NCBI GenBank assembly: GCA_002269645.1
Contig: NIVC01000992.1
Coordinates: 310,001 to 374,000, forward strand
Direction: 5' to 3'
From: Macrostomum lignano
Lineage: Eukaryota
Length of the DNA: 64,000 bases
A model generated the notes under the pieces. It was not told the DNA's origin and did not search any database. It saw only the letters and a program-made list of their open reading frames with translations. The stretch's first letter is position 1, and each line of letters opens with the position of its first letter. The position numbers and the translations under genes were made by a program. Below are positions 60,880 to 64,000 of the stretch, piece by piece.

Positions 60880-62859
60880 TTACGACCAGGTGAACAAAGA
60901 TCCATAGGTGTCGTTGGACTTCCCGTCGGAGCCAGCCGTGTCGGCGCTTTCAGATGCTTTTTCCGACGGCTCTGAGAGGACATCCGCCGGCGACAACTTC
61001 TCCTTGCTGTCGCTGGTGCGGCCGCCTCGACCTCTGCTGCTGCCGCCGCCGCCTCCGCAGTTGTTGCTCATAAAGGTGCCAATTAGAATCGCCAGCAGCT
61101 CAATGAACTCTAGCAGTGCAATTATTGTAATCCCCGACCACAGATTCATCGCTCCGCCGATAGAGCTGAGCAGTCGACTCAACGGGAACGAGGGAGTCTC
61201 AGCGATAACGGTAACATTCCAGGACGGTTTTGTGATTTTTATCTCGACAAAGTTGTCCTTCATCTTGCGGCTGGCGGCCAGGGCCGAGTACACTTCGGTG
61301 TAGCGCTCCTCAGCCACCATCTCCTGCAAGTTGGGAAACTCAGAAAAGTACTTCAGCCTGCTATAGTCGGTTGATAAGTACTTCTCAAACACGGCCAGGT
61401 GTAGCGACTCTCGCGGCCAGGCTGCATAAGAAATCGTCACCGAGTGCTCAGTTGTGTTGCACGGCACATCGCAGGTGAGGTTTCTAGCGCCGAGCATGCA
61501 GTATTTGATGCCGCTCTGCTTCACCAGCTGGCTCTGCCAGCAGGCCACTCGCTTCTGATAGACCTGATTGGCAACTGTCGTGTTTGCGCTTTTCTGCGGC
61601 CACTTCTTGCAGTAGGGCACCATACTTCAATCGGCTGGCGGTAGCAGAATCGGCGGAGCGATTGTCGTTGGCGTCTTCTTTGGCGTAGTGCTGGCAGCGG
61701 GACCCATGCCGGGTGCTGCGCGCGGCTCGCGATCGACCTTGAACTCGCCGTCTGGCAACACTTTCTCCGTGAAGACGAAGCCCCCTGCTGGCGGCGGTCC
61801 GGGATCGTCGCGCTTTGCAACTGACAGCGCTGCGCCAAAGTCGATCGCTCCGTCGTCGACCATAACGCCGCGCGGCACGGGCAGATTCGGATCGAGGCAG
61901 CCGCATTTTTTGATTAACAACTCCTGAAGGCAGATTCGTCGGCATGCGTGCGGCGTGTACGCGTAATTTAGGGTGTCGTCTAGAGGACTGCTGGCGGCAA
62001 TAGGCGCCACGGCCTCCTTTTTGCAGTCGCCGTAGGGCGCTGGCAGAAGGTTGCGCGTCACCGTGCTGACGTGCAGCGTTGCCGACGTTCCCGGCGGAAT
62101 GTCGATGTAGTTGGCCTCTAGCTGGGGCAGGCTGCCGTTCTGGTGGACGCTCACCCGGACACCCTGACGAGCCAAATTCGGTTCATTGTCGAGCATAGCG
62201 CGGCTGAAGAATGGATAGTTAAAGTTGTCCAGGAACAGCACCAGGCGAAGGCTGTGAAGCCGGGCGGCGCCCAGCTGCTGATCAATTTTCACCGTGAAAC
62301 AGCGCAGGTACCGCGGATGCGGAAATTTCTGCACGTTCTGATCCGAACAGCTCCGCGTCTGCAGCCGCCCGTCCTGTTCGAACTCGAACTGGCAGTCCTT
62401 GATTAGACGACCGCTCACGTGGGCAATGGCGTCCACTTGTAGAACTTGCGAATTCTGATAGAACACTTCGACGGTTTTCATCGACTCGAGCGACTGGCCC
62501 AGTGACGACTCCAACGAGTTGACCTTCTTGACGAATTCGTTGAAGCTCCGATTGGCAATGTAGCCCTCGGATGACGCTTCAGCCGCGAACGGCTGCTGAT
62601 TGCACAGCGTCACGGATGGGAACGGCGCGTTCGGGTCCATGGTGGAACTGTACTTCAGCTGCACGCCGTACTTCAGATAGATTATCACTATGTCGGACAC
62701 CTGCCATATAGCGATTCCTAGAAAGATAATTATAGTAACTATCCATAAAAGCTTCGATAGAATATTTTGAGCTTTGATTATTCTGGGAAAGCCGCGAATT
62801 GACGAGCTTTGCAGGTAGTTTTTCGTCACCTCCACGTAGGACGACTTTGATGTATCCAT
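60880..62859 (-). CDS. Degenerin/ENaC (amiloride-sensitive) channel subunit; ORF interrupted by an in-frame TGA at 61627-61629 (intron, readthrough or pseudogene)
   Basis: ORF 61627-62859 (SSIRGFPRI, TM1, FPSVTLCN, G..V.VH..G..P, PAPYGDC, C...C.Q...IKKCGC) and ORF 60880-61623 (PYC, C..PC, LSSIGGAMNLWSGITIIALLEFIE) are in the same frame, separated by TGA-AGT. Confidence 0.85.
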
Positions 62860-64000
62860 TGTGCCGCCGCCAACACAGCACGCACTCTTTGTCTGCCGAG
62901 CACTGCTAGCTCGTAGATCTTAAGCAATGCCGCTTTGCATATCCAAATGCAGCTGCTCGCTTTCTCTCTTTCAAAGAATTCGGGAAAAGTTTGACAGCGT
63001 CAACACCCCGCTCCTCGCTCGCTTGTCTATTTTCTAGCCTATAGTTCGTCTCCTTTACAGTGGCGTGAGCTACTTTTCAAATTGTTAGTGAGAAAAGCGA
63101 GAACCGAGGAATTTAATAACGACTGACTGGAAAGTGATCTAAACGGGTGCACTTGTCACACAGAGCTGGGCCGCAACTAAGTAAGCAGAGTGTTCAAGTT
63201 TTATGCAGCATAGCAACTGTGCCTGAGCTGTTGCCATGAAAGTTCAAGTGACAACGTGAAGGGGAAAATCGAAGCCCTATTCACTAATCAAGTTTCAACT
63301 TTTGAAACTGAGACGAACTTCGCAGATAGCCTTATAGGAGCGAGTGCAGCTGTCTGCAGGGGCCTAACCTATGCGTGCATGGCGTCAGAAGGTGTAATCC
63401 TATCTGAGCCTTGCTACCCACGCAGAAACAGACTTTCTCTTTGTGCAACGAGCTGGGAATCTGGGAAGCAAACTCTGGTTGTTTTGATAGCTTATTTCAA
63501 TATTATTTGATTGCATTCCGTGTTTATCAGTGCACTTGCAATGAGTGCGTGAACGTGTTTACACTGTGCATGCGCCGGCCGCCTCATTGATTGATAATAA
63601 CAAATGCTAATTGTGTTGGCTCAGATAATACGAGCTGGTGATTCCGGATTCAAATACGATTCTCACAACACAATGCAGTCATCACGCTTTCAACTTTTGA
63701 GTATAGAGCTGCATGGAAATTTTTCTACAAACAGTTCACAACATCATCATCGATTTGGGAGGCTCGAAATTCTCAATTTTCTAAAGTGGTCAGCTTTGAA
63801 AGCCCGCATCCTTTGAGCCGTCCGACCGTTTTTTTATTATTGTCGATTTCTGCTAGATAGTCTTAAAGTCCCAAAAATAGCCGCAGAAAAACAGCAATCA
63901 AACGAGCGTGTTGACCAGACGACAACAGCAACAAGGACGACAGTACCGATTTAGCTCTTTTGATTAAAGCTAATTCTGTGTCACAGCAATGTTGTTAATA

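Noticed and set aside
61484-62881. Alternative-frame and antisense ORFs overlapping the ENaC gene (and similar ones over DHX34, MFSD3 and the LINE)
   Set aside because: Expected shadows of GC-rich coding sequence; no independent motifs.
63256-63816. Short ORFs at the window end
   Set aside because: No motifs or splice support; probably the ENaC upstream region.

Overview
Eukaryotic (animal) genomic DNA: GC-rich exons sit in AT-rich introns and intergenic DNA crowded with 11-35 bp minisatellites and microsatellites. This style suggests a free-living flatworm such as Macrostomum (inference only). Gene models I could assemble by hand from GT-AG junctions: a 2-exon class A peptide-type GPCR (8314-12059, +); a single-exon neuropeptide precursor encoding pQFSLSPGFPAI-amide (20468-20857, -); a 3-exon secreted 207-aa protein with a bacterial-type M15/LAS zinc peptidase signature (22486-24195, +); 9-exon DHX34 (39878-48911, +); an orphan 266-aa ORF (51357-52157, -) head-to-head with an atypical RPLP1 (52746-53114, +); an intron-containing tRNA-Tyr (54504-54589, -); 3-exon MFSD3 (54803-56732, +); and a DEG/ENaC channel split by one in-frame TGA (60880-62859, -). 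Mobile DNA includes a decayed LINE, a P-element/THAP relic, a decayed hAT transposase, a 4.9-kb non-autonomous hAT element with intact TSDs, several MITEs and tRNA-derived SINEs. Best leads: the intron-containing, bacterial-like putative peptidoglycan peptidase (candidate horizontal transfer), whose middle exon is flanked by inverted minisatellite arrays; the AKH/GnRH-like peptide precursor near a GPCR with degenerate signature motifs; and the ENaC in-frame stop. Coordinates were counted by hand (repeat edges approximate) and no database searches were run.
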